DNA of 64,000 nt from a virus, in the IMG/VR virus record IMGVR_UViG_3300025108_004223, positions 62,763 through 126,762 of that record; one strand, 5' to 3'. Positions 18,794 through 28,579 of the stretch are shown in pieces. A program made the translations under genes and the position numbers. The notes under the pieces are model-generated. The model was not told where the DNA came from and did no database searches. It was given only the letters and a program-made list of their open reading frames with translations. Position 1 is the stretch's first letter, and every line of letters starts with the position of its first letter.

Positions 18794-19450
18794 TTATAGC
18801 CAACTCACATACAAATTTGGATCTGGTCTTTTTAAATTTGCATGTTCATTTGTTGGAAATATTTTTTGTTTATTAGTTCTTGGATCAAGATAACTTGTTG
18901 CTTCATGATCTTTATAACCAATTCCTAACAATACAGTAGGTTCATCTGGATCGTTATTACCTGGGTTTAATACTTTTGCAATTGTCCTTTTGCTACCTTC
19001 CAGTTCGTTCATACAACCACAATAACCTGTGCTGAGTCCACGTGCTGCAGCACTCCATACTATAAAACTACTTGCAATACCTATTTCCAAGTTAGCCATT
19101 CTATTGAAAAAGCCTTCTTTATCTGCACCTTCATACTGATCGTATTCTTCATCTTCGACTGGACGTCTAGGAGTAAATGCTAATAACCACGGTGCTAATG
19201 TTTGTGGATTACCTAAATCACTTGCTACTGGTAATTCACTGTCTCGATGTGTGTTTTCAAATATTGTATGTCTTACTATAACATTGCTCCAGTCTAATAC
19301 CTTAATAGTATAAGGCATCATTGCTTGTTTGCTTGGCACATGATTGTGTAAGTCGTCGAGCATGGATTGAATTGTTTCTTTTGTTACTTCTTTGTCAGAC
19401 CAAGCAAACGTTGTGCTTCGGTTTTCTAACATCTCTTTCCATTGTTCCAT
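18794..19450 (-). CDS. Nitroreductase family flavoprotein
   Basis: ENRSTTFAW, PSKQAMMPY, EIGIASSFIVWSAAARGLSTGYCG, LGIGY; ATG 19450 has AAGGGG RBS. Confidence 0.75.
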   Translation of the reverse strand: MEQWKEMLENRSTTFAWSDKEVTKETIQSMLDDLHNHVPSKQAMMPYTIKVLDWSNVIVRHTIFENTHRDSELPVASDLGNPQTLAPWLLAFTPRRPVEDEEYDQYEGADKEGFFNRMANLEIGIASSFIVWSAAARGLSTGYCGCMNELEGSKRTIAKVLNPGNNDPDEPTVLLGIGYKDHEATSYLDPRTNKQKIFPTNEHANLKRPDPNLYVSWL

Positions 19451-19476
19451 TGTATTCCCCTTTTTAATCTTTGTTC

Positions 19477-19797
19477 TTAAAGCCAACCTTCTGTTCCAGC
19501 CAGTCTGGCCATAAATGCATCTTGCTCACTGAACAATACCATTACTTGTTTATCAATGTAATATGGATGTTGCATCTTACTTTGTAAGTCCATTAAATTT
19601 CCTGCTAATTTTCCTGGTGTTTCTACAGTCCACGATCTAACATTCTTCTTTAATAAACTACAACCTTTTTTAGTCAATCTCAACGAGCTTGGTGTTTGAA
19701 ACAAAAGTCTAGCACTATTACCTATTTTTGTTACGTTAGGTAATAACTTTAGTATTAATTCATTTTGTATCGATTTTATCTCGCTTGACGGTTTCAC
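19477..19797 (-). CDS. Hypothetical protein
   Basis: ORF within a co-directional operon. Confidence 0.55.
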   Translation of the reverse strand: MKPSSEIKSIQNELILKLLPNVTKIGNSARLLFQTPSSLRLTKKGCSLLKKNVRSWTVETPGKLAGNLMDLQSKMQHPYYIDKQVMVLFSEQDAFMARLAGTEGWL

Positions 19798-20062
19798 CTT
19801 CTAATAACCTTACTACTGTAAATGATTCTGTGTTGAATTTCTTATTCAATCTATCGGCTAAATTAAAAGCATGGCCACTGTTACTAAAGCTAACTTTTTT
19901 ATACTTAGGACCTGGATAGTTCACCAGGGTATTCATTGTTCGTAGATTAATTGGTTTATTATTATGGTAAACGGCATATATTGCCTCGGCGTCTAAGATT
20001 TGTTCTGTATTATAATTTTTATCAACAATTTCTAACATAATGTTGGGTTTAGGTCTTGCCAT
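19760..20062 (-). CDS. Hypothetical protein
   Basis: AGGAGAG RBS; 100 aa. Confidence 0.65.
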   Translation of the reverse strand: MARPKPNIMLEIVDKNYNTEQILDAEAIYAVYHNNKPINLRTMNTLVNYPGPKYKKVSFSNSGHAFNLADRLNKKFNTESFTVVRLLEGETVKRDKIDTK

Positions 20063-20116
20063 ACTTTTCTCTCTCCTATACTTGTATTTAGCAAGATGGA
20101 AGAATTAAGTGCTGTT

Positions 20117-20494
20117 TTATTGGCCAATTAACCTAAAATTTACTCCTGAATAAATGTTACAAGTTATTCCACTTTGTATATTAACAATAACAATACTGAA
20201 CTCACTAGTTTCTTCGTTCAGTGCTAAAACTACCTCACTAAACACTTCTGTCGGCATTGTTGCTGTGCCTTGTGCAATAGGTAGTTGTCCACGTTGGTAA
20301 AGTATAGCTTGAACCATTTGTGTGCTTGTGCATGGCACATCTCTATTAATTCTAAAGATTTCAGGTAATGTCAATTCTTCTTCTGCTTCTGCTGGTGCTT
20401 CTGCTGGAAAAAAATTATCCGCTCTTATATCTGATGCGAATACCATTACTGTAATAACCATTAGTATTGATACTATTGTTCCTTTAATTGTCAT
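20117..20494 (-). CDS. Predicted secreted protein
   Basis: N-terminal hydrophobic signal, two Cys. Confidence 0.55.
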   Translation of the reverse strand: MTIKGTIVSILMVITVMVFASDIRADNFFPAEAPAEAEEELTLPEIFRINRDVPCTSTQMVQAILYQRGQLPIAQGTATMPTEVFSEVVLALNEETSEFSIVIVNIQSGITCNIYSGVNFRLIGQ

Positions 20495-20936
20495 TTTGTT
20501 TCGCCTTTTTTAATTGTAGATTCATATCCCATTCTGTAAAATACGGACCTTGATATTCATATTTGTCTAAAGTTTCTGCCTTTGGACAATATGCATGTTG
20601 CCAGCCCATTCCATGATATTTAAGTATGTAATAGCCTGCGGCATAAACAACTTTACCTGTTTCTGTTTTACGAAATAATGGTAAAGTTTCATGCTCTGTT
20701 GGTATAACTATACTGCTATTTGTTGGATAACCATTAAGTGATTGACTTTCAGATTTAGCATCTATTTTGCGTTCTGCTGTTTTAAATCCATCTAATGATT
20801 CTAGCATAGTAATACTTTTATCACGTTGATCAAAAAATTCAAAGACATCTTTTTGCCTGCGAATAGTTCCTATTTTACTAGTATCTAATTCAACAATCCA
20901 AAACTTGTCTTTGATTAATTCTTTGGTAGTAAACAT
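20484..20936 (-). CDS. Hypothetical protein
   Basis: 150-aa ORF coupled to neighbours. Confidence 0.6.
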   Translation of the reverse strand: MFTTKELIKDKFWIVELDTSKIGTIRRQKDVFEFFDQRDKSITMLESLDGFKTAERKIDAKSESQSLNGYPTNSSIVIPTEHETLPLFRKTETGKVVYAAGYYILKYHGMGWQHAYCPKAETLDKYEYQGPYFTEWDMNLQLKKAKQNDN

Positions 20937-21239
20937 TTAGCCAACTGTTCCAGTCGATACGACTGTGTCAATTTCTTTAACTTCAACAACATTTGCTATA
21001 CGGAAACTTCTAAATCCTTTAGCATTTGTATCCCATACAACAAGAACTTCTTCGTTAATTTTACGAATCTTTTTTTGTGTTAATGGGTCATCTTTTTTAG
21101 CTGGCGGCAATGCTTCTGGCATTAGTGTGCATTCCATTATACGTTTGTCACCATTAACTTTATTAAAAGTGACTTCCATAATTTGTGTTTTTAGTTTACG
21201 TTCTAGTTCTTCACGTTTAATAACTAGTTCAGATGACAT
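20937..21239 (-). CDS. WYL-like/SH3 beta-barrel protein (DUF2693-like)
   Basis: VTFNKVNGDKRIMECTL...VWDTNAKGFRSFR; start 21239 has GAGAGG RBS. Confidence 0.7.
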   Translation of the reverse strand: MSSELVIKREELERKLKTQIMEVTFNKVNGDKRIMECTLMPEALPPAKKDDPLTQKKIRKINEEVLVVWDTNAKGFRSFRIANVVEVKEIDTVVSTGTVG

Positions 21240-21501
21240 GTCCGGCCTCTCTGATTCTACGTTTCCAGGCACCACCTTGTTTTTGCTCGGTGAGCTGTAG
21301 CCTACACCATTGTAGTGTTGGCTCTTTAATGTGTGCTTCAATTGTAGGGTTAACTTCCATTGACTGGATTAGTTGTTCAATTTGTGTCTGTGTTAAACAA
21401 TTTAGTGTCATATTTGCCTCTTCTATAGTTTTAGTTTGAAATGCAGCTTCGTATACACCTGCGTATTTTTTAACTCTTTTTGTGTTTCTTCCGGTTGCCA
21501 T
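21229..21501 (-). CDS. Hypothetical protein
   Basis: GGAGG RBS; 90 aa. Confidence 0.55.
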   Translation of the reverse strand: MATGRNTKRVKKYAGVYEAAFQTKTIEEANMTLNCLTQTQIEQLIQSMEVNPTIEAHIKEPTLQWCRLQLTEQKQGGAWKRRIREAGHVI

Positions 21502-21503
21502 TA

Positions 21504-22496
21504 TTATCCTCCATATGATTTGTTAAGATATTCTGCGTGGTCTTGAGCTCGTTCACTTACTCTAACCATATTCCATTTGCCACAAAACTTCAGAAAATGT
21601 ATACCTACTTGTGACTTGGATTCTTTTTGCACTTGTTCAACTATCGCATTGTCAAGCTCTGTTTTAATATCATCTGGCTGTGCGGTTAAATCAATAATGT
21701 GCATGTTACGTTGATAGTCTTCCAACACACGATGCTCTGCACCATTGTGATCAGTCCAACGTTGTAGCATAAAGTTATTCCAGTTATAGCCTTTGTTATC
21801 TTTATCAGCAAAGGCTTCCATCATACCTACTTTGTTTTTAGTGCCTTTCTTACGAGCACCTGGGCATGCACTAAACACATTATCACTAGTGTCACCACGT
21901 ATACATTTCTCAAACAATAACCATTCTGGATCACCTATTTGCTTAGGCTCTTTAGTTTTCTTATCCATAACAGGATTACCTTTATCATCAAAGATACCTT
22001 CTGTTGTAATAAGTTGTCCTGTAATACCATTGTATTGTGTTACATTGTCGTTAAGCAATTGATAAAAGTCACTGTCACTGCTTACAATACAATGTTTATC
22101 ATTAGGATGATTTTGTATCCAACGTGCAATAAAGTCATCTGCTTCGCATTGCGAATTCTGTAATACTGTGCAATTAGTTCTACTTTCAAAGAACACCTTT
22201 AGTTCATCAAACGCATTCCAAAACATCTTATCTTCTTCTTGCTCACGTTCAGTTAGTGCCGCACGTGCTGCCGCCCGATTTGCTTTATAAGGTTCATAAA
22301 CATCTCTACGCCAACTACGGCCTTCTAAACATAGCACAACATGACTACCATTCTGATTACGCCATACCTTTGCAATACTATTAAACATAATATGATATGC
22401 CATACCTACTTTGTCTTTTGCGTCTGCTCCACGTTGAACTACGTGCCTAGCACGAAAAAACATATTAGCTGCATCTACTAAAATATAACTCAACAT
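21504..22496 (-). CDS. rnh: T4-type RNase H / 5'-3' exonuclease (FEN1/PIN fold)
   Basis: LVDAANM, YKANR, EADDFIA, SSDSDFYQL, GDTSDNV. Confidence 0.85.
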   Translation of the reverse strand: MLSYILVDAANMFFRARHVVQRGADAKDKVGMAYHIMFNSIAKVWRNQNGSHVVLCLEGRSWRRDVYEPYKANRAAARAALTEREQEEDKMFWNAFDELKVFFESRTNCTVLQNSQCEADDFIARWIQNHPNDKHCIVSSDSDFYQLLNDNVTQYNGITGQLITTEGIFDDKGNPVMDKKTKEPKQIGDPEWLLFEKCIRGDTSDNVFSACPGARKKGTKNKVGMMEAFADKDNKGYNWNNFMLQRWTDHNGAEHRVLEDYQRNMHIIDLTAQPDDIKTELDNAIVEQVQKESKSQVGIHFLKFCGKWNMVRVSERAQDHAEYLNKSYGG

Positions 22497-22510
22497 TGCT
22501 CTCCTAATGA

Positions 22511-22774
22511 TTAAATTTCTTCTGATATTTGTTTACAAAGTGTAGTAAACCATAAGTCAACAATCTCTTCTTCGTTGTCGCCTGTATAGCCTGCTTCTAA
22601 CAATTGCTTAACAAATAAGTTATTCCATTCCAATTCAAAGTATCCATCACCTGGATTCTTTTTATCAAATTTAACTTCCAATACTTTAACATACGGTTCG
22701 CCTTTAGCAGTAGCTTTGTCTTTATCAGACATGCCTGGATTCTTTTTAAACAATTGCTTAATCTTATTGATCAT
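22511..22774 (-). CDS. Hypothetical protein
   Basis: AGGAG RBS; first gene after promoter 22797. Confidence 0.65.
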   Translation of the reverse strand: MINKIKQLFKKNPGMSDKDKATAKGEPYVKVLEVKFDKKNPGDGYFELEWNNLFVKQLLEAGYTGDNEEEIVDLWFTTLCKQISEEI

Positions 22775-22796
22775 GCTTTTCTCCTAATGTGTTACT

Positions 22797-22825
22797 ATTA
22801 TAAGACATCTTGAGATGTTTGTCAA
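22797..22825 (-). promoter_or_regulatory. sigma70-type promoter
   Basis: TTGACA-N17-TATAAT; carries the AAGACATCTT core also seen at 18069 and 31968. Confidence 0.8.
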
Positions 22826-22833
22826 GTGATAGT

Positions 22834-23922
22834 TTACCACCCAATTTTCTCCCAAGGAACATCTTTGTTGCCAAAGTGACCATACACACAATTCTCACTA
22901 TAGCGATAGAAGTTATACATATCAAACCTGTCAATAATACCTTTAGGTGTTAGGTCGATATTCTCTTCAATAAACTTTTGAATAGTTCTGTTATGTCCAT
23001 TTGAATCTACATAGATACTTGTTGGTTGTTTTACACCAATAGCATACGACAATTGGACTTGACACCAATCTGCCATGTTATCAGCTACAACATTCTTTGC
23101 TAACCATCGTGCCATGTAGGTTGCACTTCTGTCGACTTTTGTGGGGTCTTTTCCACTAAAAGCGCCACCGCCATGGGGAGCAAAGCCACCATAAGTATCA
23201 ACGATAATCTTACGGCCGGTAAGTCCTGTGTCGCCATCAGGACCACCAATGACAAAATTGCCTGTAGGATTAATATGCCATGTAGTGTCTTCATCTATTA
23301 AATCTCCCATTACGCTATTGACTGCTTCTTTTACTGGTGCTTTAAGACTGTGCATAAAGCCCTTTTTATGTTGTGTGCTTACAACTATTTGATCTGCACG
23401 TTGAACTTGTCCGCCAACGTATTGAATACTTACTTGAGATTTAGCATCTGGCAGTAAGAAATCATATCCATCTAATCGAAGTTCTTTTAGTTTCTTTAGA
23501 ATTTCGTGTGAGTAATAAATCGGTGCTGGTAGCATTGCATCGTTTTCGTTACTAGCATAGCCAAACATAATGCCTTGGTCGCCTGCGCCAAAGTCGTCTG
23601 TTCCCAATCCAATGTCACCTGACTGTGAGTGTATCTCGTTATAAATGTCTAAGTAATCCCAATGAAATCCATCTTGTTCGTATCCAATTTCTTTAACTTT
23701 GTCAATTACGATTTGTTTTACTTCGTCTTTTCTTACGTTAAAGTTCTTTACTTCACCCGCCAACGTTACATGGTTGGTAGTTACAAGTGTTTCAATTGCC
23801 ACACGTGTAGTTTCATCACCGTTCTTTAACCCGGCATCAACTAGTGCGTCAGAGATTTGATCTGATACTTTATCAGGATGTCCATCACTTACACTTTCGC
23901 TTGTAAAAATATAGTTATTCAT
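22834..23922 (-). CDS. metK: S-adenosylmethionine synthetase
   Basis: FTSESVSDGHPDK, GAGDQG, GLTGRKIIVDTYGG, GGGAFSGKDPTKVDRS. Confidence 0.97.
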   Translation of the reverse strand: MNNYIFTSESVSDGHPDKVSDQISDALVDAGLKNGDETTRVAIETLVTTNHVTLAGEVKNFNVRKDEVKQIVIDKVKEIGYEQDGFHWDYLDIYNEIHSQSGDIGLGTDDFGAGDQGIMFGYASNENDAMLPAPIYYSHEILKKLKELRLDGYDFLLPDAKSQVSIQYVGGQVQRADQIVVSTQHKKGFMHSLKAPVKEAVNSVMGDLIDEDTTWHINPTGNFVIGGPDGDTGLTGRKIIVDTYGGFAPHGGGAFSGKDPTKVDRSATYMARWLAKNVVADNMADWCQVQLSYAIGVKQPTSIYVDSNGHNRTIQKFIEENIDLTPKGIIDRFDMYNFYRYSENCVYGHFGNKDVPWEKIGW

Positions 23923-23930
23923 AGTTTATT

Positions 23931-25049
23931 TTATCCTTTGTTTTTGGTAAAGACATATATGCCTTCCCATTTTTCTCGGCCTTCTTTTTTATCATTGCCA
24001 ACACCAGGCCTAGTGTTTAGCATCATCTTAATTGTTGTGTCATGTTTGAATCCAAGTTGCTCTGCAAGTTCAATCCATCTATCCACGACAAAGTATTCTT
24101 TGTTTCCATATGATTTATAGTCTGCAATATTTGTAGCAAATATTCCATCACTGTTTAATCCTTTGTGTATCTGTTGCATTGTTGGTGCAACATACCCATC
24201 AAACCAATCATCCATTGTAGTATGTTTAACCATACATTGAGTAGGCTCATCACTATACTTTTCTAAATTAAAGTATGGTGGACTACTAAATGCTAAGTCA
24301 ATATTCTCGCATTGATAATCTTCTGAAGGACTGCAAATGATTTCTGCATCGTTGGTTAGCAAACTATCTAAGTATTTTAAATACTCAAATGTTTGTGTGT
24401 TAGGGTCTGTGCCTATGTATTTATAGTTCATGTTGCTACTGGTTATTCCAAGTAGCCTTCCACCATAACCACAGCTATAATCGTAAATACGACCCCATAA
24501 CACCGGGCATAAACGCTCTGCAATAGCTCTAGCATGTTGTGGCTTAAAGTTTTGCACGTTCTCGCCTGTAACAAGCTCTAAGCTTCTACGCATTGCTGTT
24601 GGGTATACTAACTTGTTTCCTTCTCTAAATTCAAAGCAGATACGTATAGCACGTTTAAGTTTCGCATCGTCTCGAAACCTATCCATTAAACTGTTTGAGC
24701 CTCTTCCTTTTGGCTCCGCTGTCTGCATGTTTGTGAATACAAAACGATTAATTGTTTGTCCTTGATTGTTACCAAGTCCTAATACATTTTGTTCAACTTT
24801 CTTATATGATGTGCGTTTAAAGTTCTTTAGTGCTTCACGTAATCCTGCTTCTGTGTAATAGACAATAGGAACAATATCTCGTTTACGATATATATCAAAT
24901 ACTTTGTCTATTGTTCCAGGTCCATCTGCTTCGTAAACCTCTGCGGTGAATGTATCTAATTCTTCGTATAGGTCTTCGTATCCTGTAAACTCATCTGCAA
25001 AGATGTGTTCCGGCTTAATGTTCCAAAACTTGTGTATCTCATCGATCAA
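23931..25049 (-). CDS. SAM-dependent amino-methyltransferase (N4C/N6A DNA MTase-like)
   Basis: Motif I YDYSCGYGGR precedes motif IV FSSPPYF. Confidence 0.75.
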   Translation of the reverse strand: MIDEIHKFWNIKPEHIFADEFTGYEDLYEELDTFTAEVYEADGPGTIDKVFDIYRKRDIVPIVYYTEAGLREALKNFKRTSYKKVEQNVLGLGNNQGQTINRFVFTNMQTAEPKGRGSNSLMDRFRDDAKLKRAIRICFEFREGNKLVYPTAMRRSLELVTGENVQNFKPQHARAIAERLCPVLWGRIYDYSCGYGGRLLGITSSNMNYKYIGTDPNTQTFEYLKYLDSLLTNDAEIICSPSEDYQCENIDLAFSSPPYFNLEKYSDEPTQCMVKHTTMDDWFDGYVAPTMQQIHKGLNSDGIFATNIADYKSYGNKEYFVVDRWIELAEQLGFKHDTTIKMMLNTRPGVGNDKKEGREKWEGIYVFTKNKG

Positions 25050-25051
25050 TG

Positions 25052-25360
25052 TTAGGCTCCAAAGTAATACTTCAGTAAGCCCGTAAAGATTAGTGTAACT
25101 AAAACACCATTAAGCAATACCAATGCTCTATCATGCCATAACATACCAACCCATAGCCAACCAATAGTTCCAAACAATCCAAACCATAAGTCAACATGTG
25201 GCATTGTTCCTGTAGCTCTAGCTGATGTGGCTACTAAAATTAGTATAACTGATATCCATTTGACATACCATGACATGTCATACTTGGGTGTTATTTTTTT
25301 AAATACCCTTGTAGAATCTAGTTCTTTAATTTTATCATCTAGTTTGATTCGTTTATTCAT
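25052..25360 (-). CDS. Small three-helix membrane protein (DUF6552-like)
   Basis: Three hydrophobic segments; GW..VG..W..RAL pattern shared with 47713. Confidence 0.55.
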   Translation of the reverse strand: MNKRIKLDDKIKELDSTRVFKKITPKYDMSWYVKWISVILILVATSARATGTMPHVDLWFGLFGTIGWLWVGMLWHDRALVLLNGVLVTLIFTGLLKYYFGA

Positions 25361-25563
25361 TAGTGAACTGAAGGTCCTTTTGTTGGTATGTCAATGTGTT
25401 CTGCTGACGCACCTATATGGTCTGTTAGCATTTTAAAGTCTTCTTCGCTTAGTATAATTTTATAAATCTTAAGAGCTTGTGCCATCATTATACCTGCAAC
25501 CATTAATGGATCTTCATTTGCTGTTATGTTTTCAATTTTTCTATATAATTCTTCCATTACCAA
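25360..25563 (-). CDS. Hypothetical protein
   Basis: 67 aa, coupled to neighbours. Confidence 0.55.
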   Translation of the reverse strand: MVMEELYRKIENITANEDPLMVAGIMMAQALKIYKIILSEEDFKMLTDHIGASAEHIDIPTKGPSVH

Positions 25564-25593
25564 CCTGCTTCTCTAATTTTATCTTCGTAGCTC

Positions 25594-26490
25594 TTATGTG
25601 CCCCATGCGTTTCCGAAGAGACTGATGTGGAGTCTTGGGGTAAAACGCCATCCCCTTTCCATACAGATTTCTGCGACTTCCTGGACGTTAAGATTATATT
25701 CTTCACTGCGACCACCCAACGGCATAAGATACACAGGGCATTCCAACCCAGCTTTGCGATATGCCTTGACAGCTCTATCAACATCAGCAATATCCTCGTT
25801 GTCAGCAACAACAAATTTAAGATAGATATCGCTGTTATCCACACGACTGTAGTTGAAAGCAACATCAGGCTTGATAGCATCTTCCCAAGATTCTCCCGAT
25901 ACTGTGAGCTTGGGTGAACAACTCCATGTGACTTTAATTCTGTCACTGTTGTGGAGATAGTCGAATAAATCGTCATGTAAATGTTGTGTAGTGTTTGTTT
26001 CAAATGTAACATTTTTTAAGTCCTTCATGCGTGGATGTTCAAATAGTTCTACATAAAGTCGTTGCCACGCTAACAACGGCTCACCACCTGTCATAATTAA
26101 ATGAATGTCTTGTCCATTGTCGCAAGTCCATTTGCCTTCAGGAGTAAGACTTAGTAGATGATTTACTACTTCGTCAACTTCTGCAAGTTTATTAAAATTT
26201 TTAAATTCTGGATAGATACTTGCATAAGTATCACAACCTGTATGTATAATAGGCAAGTCTGTAAATTGTGTCACGGTATCTGCAATACCACTATCAATTA
26301 ATCCTTTAACTTCATCATTATAACGATTACCTGCATCATGCTTTTCAGCTCTGCTTGGTTCGTTTCTTGGTAACCCAAAATTCATACAACGAAAATTGCA
26401 ACCAAATGTGCGTAAAAATACGCTAGGAACTCCTACGTATTGTCCTTCACCTTGCACACTATAAAATGCTTCTGAATATCTAAGTTTCAT
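25594..26490 (-). CDS. queE: 7-carboxy-7-deazaguanine synthase (radical SAM)
   Basis: EAFYSVQGEG..VG.PSVFLRTFGCNFRC...GCDT, TGGEP, ETN, CSPK, PRLH. Confidence 0.9.
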   Translation of the reverse strand: MKLRYSEAFYSVQGEGQYVGVPSVFLRTFGCNFRCMNFGLPRNEPSRAEKHDAGNRYNDEVKGLIDSGIADTVTQFTDLPIIHTGCDTYASIYPEFKNFNKLAEVDEVVNHLLSLTPEGKWTCDNGQDIHLIMTGGEPLLAWQRLYVELFEHPRMKDLKNVTFETNTTQHLHDDLFDYLHNSDRIKVTWSCSPKLTVSGESWEDAIKPDVAFNYSRVDNSDIYLKFVVADNEDIADVDRAVKAYRKAGLECPVYLMPLGGRSEEYNLNVQEVAEICMERGWRFTPRLHISLFGNAWGT

Positions 26491-26926
26491 TTACTAAGTT
26501 GCTCCATCTTTTTAATTTATTACGTTTAACTTTTGCACGGTCTTTTAAGTCTTCCATGGTAAACATTCCATGTTCTTCCATTAACTTCAGCATACAATAT
26601 ACATCACCTGCTTCTTCAATTAACTTTCTTTTATTAGTTAATGCATTCTGCACTTTACTATTGGCTTCTTCAATTGTATTAAACTTGCGAACTGTTTTAC
26701 TACACATCTGTGTTAGTTCACCACATTCTTCTGCGGTAATAATCATTAACTGTTGCAATGTGTTAAGTGGATGCTTCTCACGTGCTTCAGCTTCTTCATG
26801 CTTTTGTGCTTTGTTATTAAACAAGTCTACTGGATATTCTTCTTTTAGTCTGCGAGCCATATAGTCTTGATAACTTTCACGCTCGTTTTCGCCATTAAGT
26901 GGATTACCTTTACTGTATTGTGCCAT
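26480..26926 (-). CDS. MazG-like nucleotide pyrophosphohydrolase
   Basis: AEECGEL...EEAGDV (E-E-x-x-E / E-x-x-D). Confidence 0.75.
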   Translation of the reverse strand: MAQYSKGNPLNGENERESYQDYMARRLKEEYPVDLFNNKAQKHEEAEAREKHPLNTLQQLMIITAEECGELTQMCSKTVRKFNTIEEANSKVQNALTNKRKLIEEAGDVYCMLKLMEEHGMFTMEDLKDRAKVKRNKLKRWSNLVNET

Positions 26927-27165
26927 TAGTGTATTGTCCTATTATTAATTGGTGTTGCATCAGAAGTTATTTGATCGCCGTATATCATACCTAGTATAAC
27001 TATTATTGTATCTGGCAATTGATCAAAGTCTTCAATTTCAAATGGCGCAAATATTCCTTGAAATGATCCATCTGCTTTAAGCACTAAAGCATACTCGTCG
27101 TCTTCGAGCCAATCATTTATTTCACCTTCTCGTTTTTGTTCTGCCATTGTTTGCCTCAACATCAT
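26926..27165 (-). CDS. Hypothetical protein
   Basis: 79 aa; follows promoter 27180. Confidence 0.55.
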   Translation of the reverse strand: MMLRQTMAEQKREGEINDWLEDDEYALVLKADGSFQGIFAPFEIEDFDQLPDTIIVILGMIYGDQITSDATPINNRTIH

Positions 27166-27179
27166 TGTTTATACATATA

Positions 27180-27208
27180 ATTATATACGATTTCATACGA
27201 TTAGTCAA
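27180..27208 (-). promoter_or_regulatory. sigma70-type promoter
   Basis: TTGACT-N17-TATAAT. Confidence 0.75.
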
Positions 27209-27212
27209 CTGT

Positions 27213-27290
27213 TTATAATCCTGCTAGTTTGGCCAATAACCATAACATAAGAAATGCAAGTATGGCTATAAATAATGCTCCTTTAATCAT
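27213..27290 (-). CDS. 25-aa hydrophobic micropeptide
   Basis: MIKGALFIAILAFLMLWLLAKLAGL after AAGGAG RBS. Confidence 0.5.
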   Translation of the reverse strand: MIKGALFIAILAFLMLWLLAKLAGL

Positions 27291-27291
27291 A

Positions 27292-27465
27292 TTACTCCTT
27301 CTTTTTTATACTCCAGTTGCCGTTAGTAAGTTCTTTCCAAATCAAAGTATCGCCTACATCCCAACCCACTTGGTTTAATAGGTCAACTGGTAATTCAATA
27401 ACTAATTCTTCTGTTTTGCCGTCTTTTAGGACTTCTACAGTCCATGTTGTTTTTGGTTCTGTCAT
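27292..27465 (-). CDS. AbrB/MazE-like swapped-hairpin small protein (57 aa)
   Basis: Manual translation ...LVIELPVDLLNQVGWDVGDTLIW...; TAATG-coupled to prs. Confidence 0.6.
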   Translation of the reverse strand: MTEPKTTWTVEVLKDGKTEELVIELPVDLLNQVGWDVGDTLIWKELTNGNWSIKKKE

Positions 27466-28424
27466 TAAATCTTTTGTGTAAACAAACTGCTTACACTCTC
27501 CTCATTGCTTACCCTTCTTAGGGCCTCTCCAAACATTTCTGCTACGCTTACTACACGAGTCTTTTTACAATTGCTTGGACATCTAAAGTCAATAGTGTCT
27601 GTGATTACTAGTTCTTTTAACACACTCTTTTCAACTTTTTTACATGCTTCACCAGTTAATACTCCGTGTGTAATATATGCTCTTACACTTAATGCACCAG
27701 CATCCATAATAGCCTGTGCGGCATTACATAGTGTTCCACCTGAATCAATGATATCATCTACTAGAATAGCATGAGCACCTTCAACTTCACCAATTAGATT
27801 CATTACTTCACTGATGCCTGCTTTCGGTCTACGCTTGTCTACAATAGCAATATCACTGTGAAACATATCAGCAAACCTACGAGCTCTTACAGTTCCGCCT
27901 GCGTCTGGTGAAACAAATACTGTTTCTACTTCATTTACATTACTATCTTCTTTGTAGAACTGCTTTTTAATATCCCTTGCAAATGATATACGACTTGTTA
28001 AATCATCTACAGGAATATCAAAGAAGCCTTGAATTTGACCGGCGTGTAGATCCATTGTAAGGATTCTATCAGCACCGGATTCGGTTAGCAGGTTCGCTAC
28101 TAGTTTAGCCGTAATAGGAGTGCGGCTTGCACTTTTACGATCCTGCCTTGCATAACCGAAATAAGGTATGACTGCGGTAATACGACTAGCACTGCTACGC
28201 TTGGCCGCATCAATCATAATCATTAATTCCATTATATTATCGTTAACTGGTGTGCTTGTGCTTTGTATAATAAACACATCCTCACCTCTAACATTCTCTA
28301 AAAACTCTACACTGCTTTCGCCATCAGCAAATGTTTTAATATCAGCAGGCACAAGTGTAGCAAAACAATGTTGTGCAATTTTTTCTGCTAGTTCAATATT
28401 ACTGTTACCTGCGATGATTTTCAT
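27465..28424 (-). CDS. prs: Ribose-phosphate pyrophosphokinase
   Basis: [45 protein letters not shown]. Confidence 0.97.
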   Translation of the reverse strand: MKIIAGNSNIELAEKIAQHCFATLVPADIKTFADGESSVEFLENVRGEDVFIIQSTSTPVNDNIMELMIMIDAAKRSSASRITAVIPYFGYARQDRKSASRTPITAKLVANLLTESGADRILTMDLHAGQIQGFFDIPVDDLTSRISFARDIKKQFYKEDSNVNEVETVFVSPDAGGTVRARRFADMFHSDIAIVDKRRPKAGISEVMNLIGEVEGAHAILVDDIIDSGGTLCNAAQAIMDAGALSVRAYITHGVLTGEACKKVEKSVLKELVITDTIDFRCPSNCKKTRVVSVAEMFGEALRRVSNEESVSSLFTQKI

Positions 28425-28579
28425 TGTGACTTCTCCTTGTCAATGAGTGTTAATATTTGTTGTGCGAACTCTTTACGACCTTCAAAGATGTCTTCAGTTC
28501 CATCTGTTAGTCCTTGCACGTCATCTTCTAGCTCGCTTTCGCATGCTTCTATTATTCTTTTTATAGCATCACCGCTCAT
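28421..28579 (-). CDS. Small acidic hypothetical protein (52 aa)
   Basis: Manual translation [17 protein letters not shown]...; fills the tdk-prs gap with overlaps at both ends. Confidence 0.55.
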   Translation of the reverse strand: MSGDAIKRIIEACESELEDDVQGLTDGTEDIFEGRKEFAQQILTLIDKEKSQ

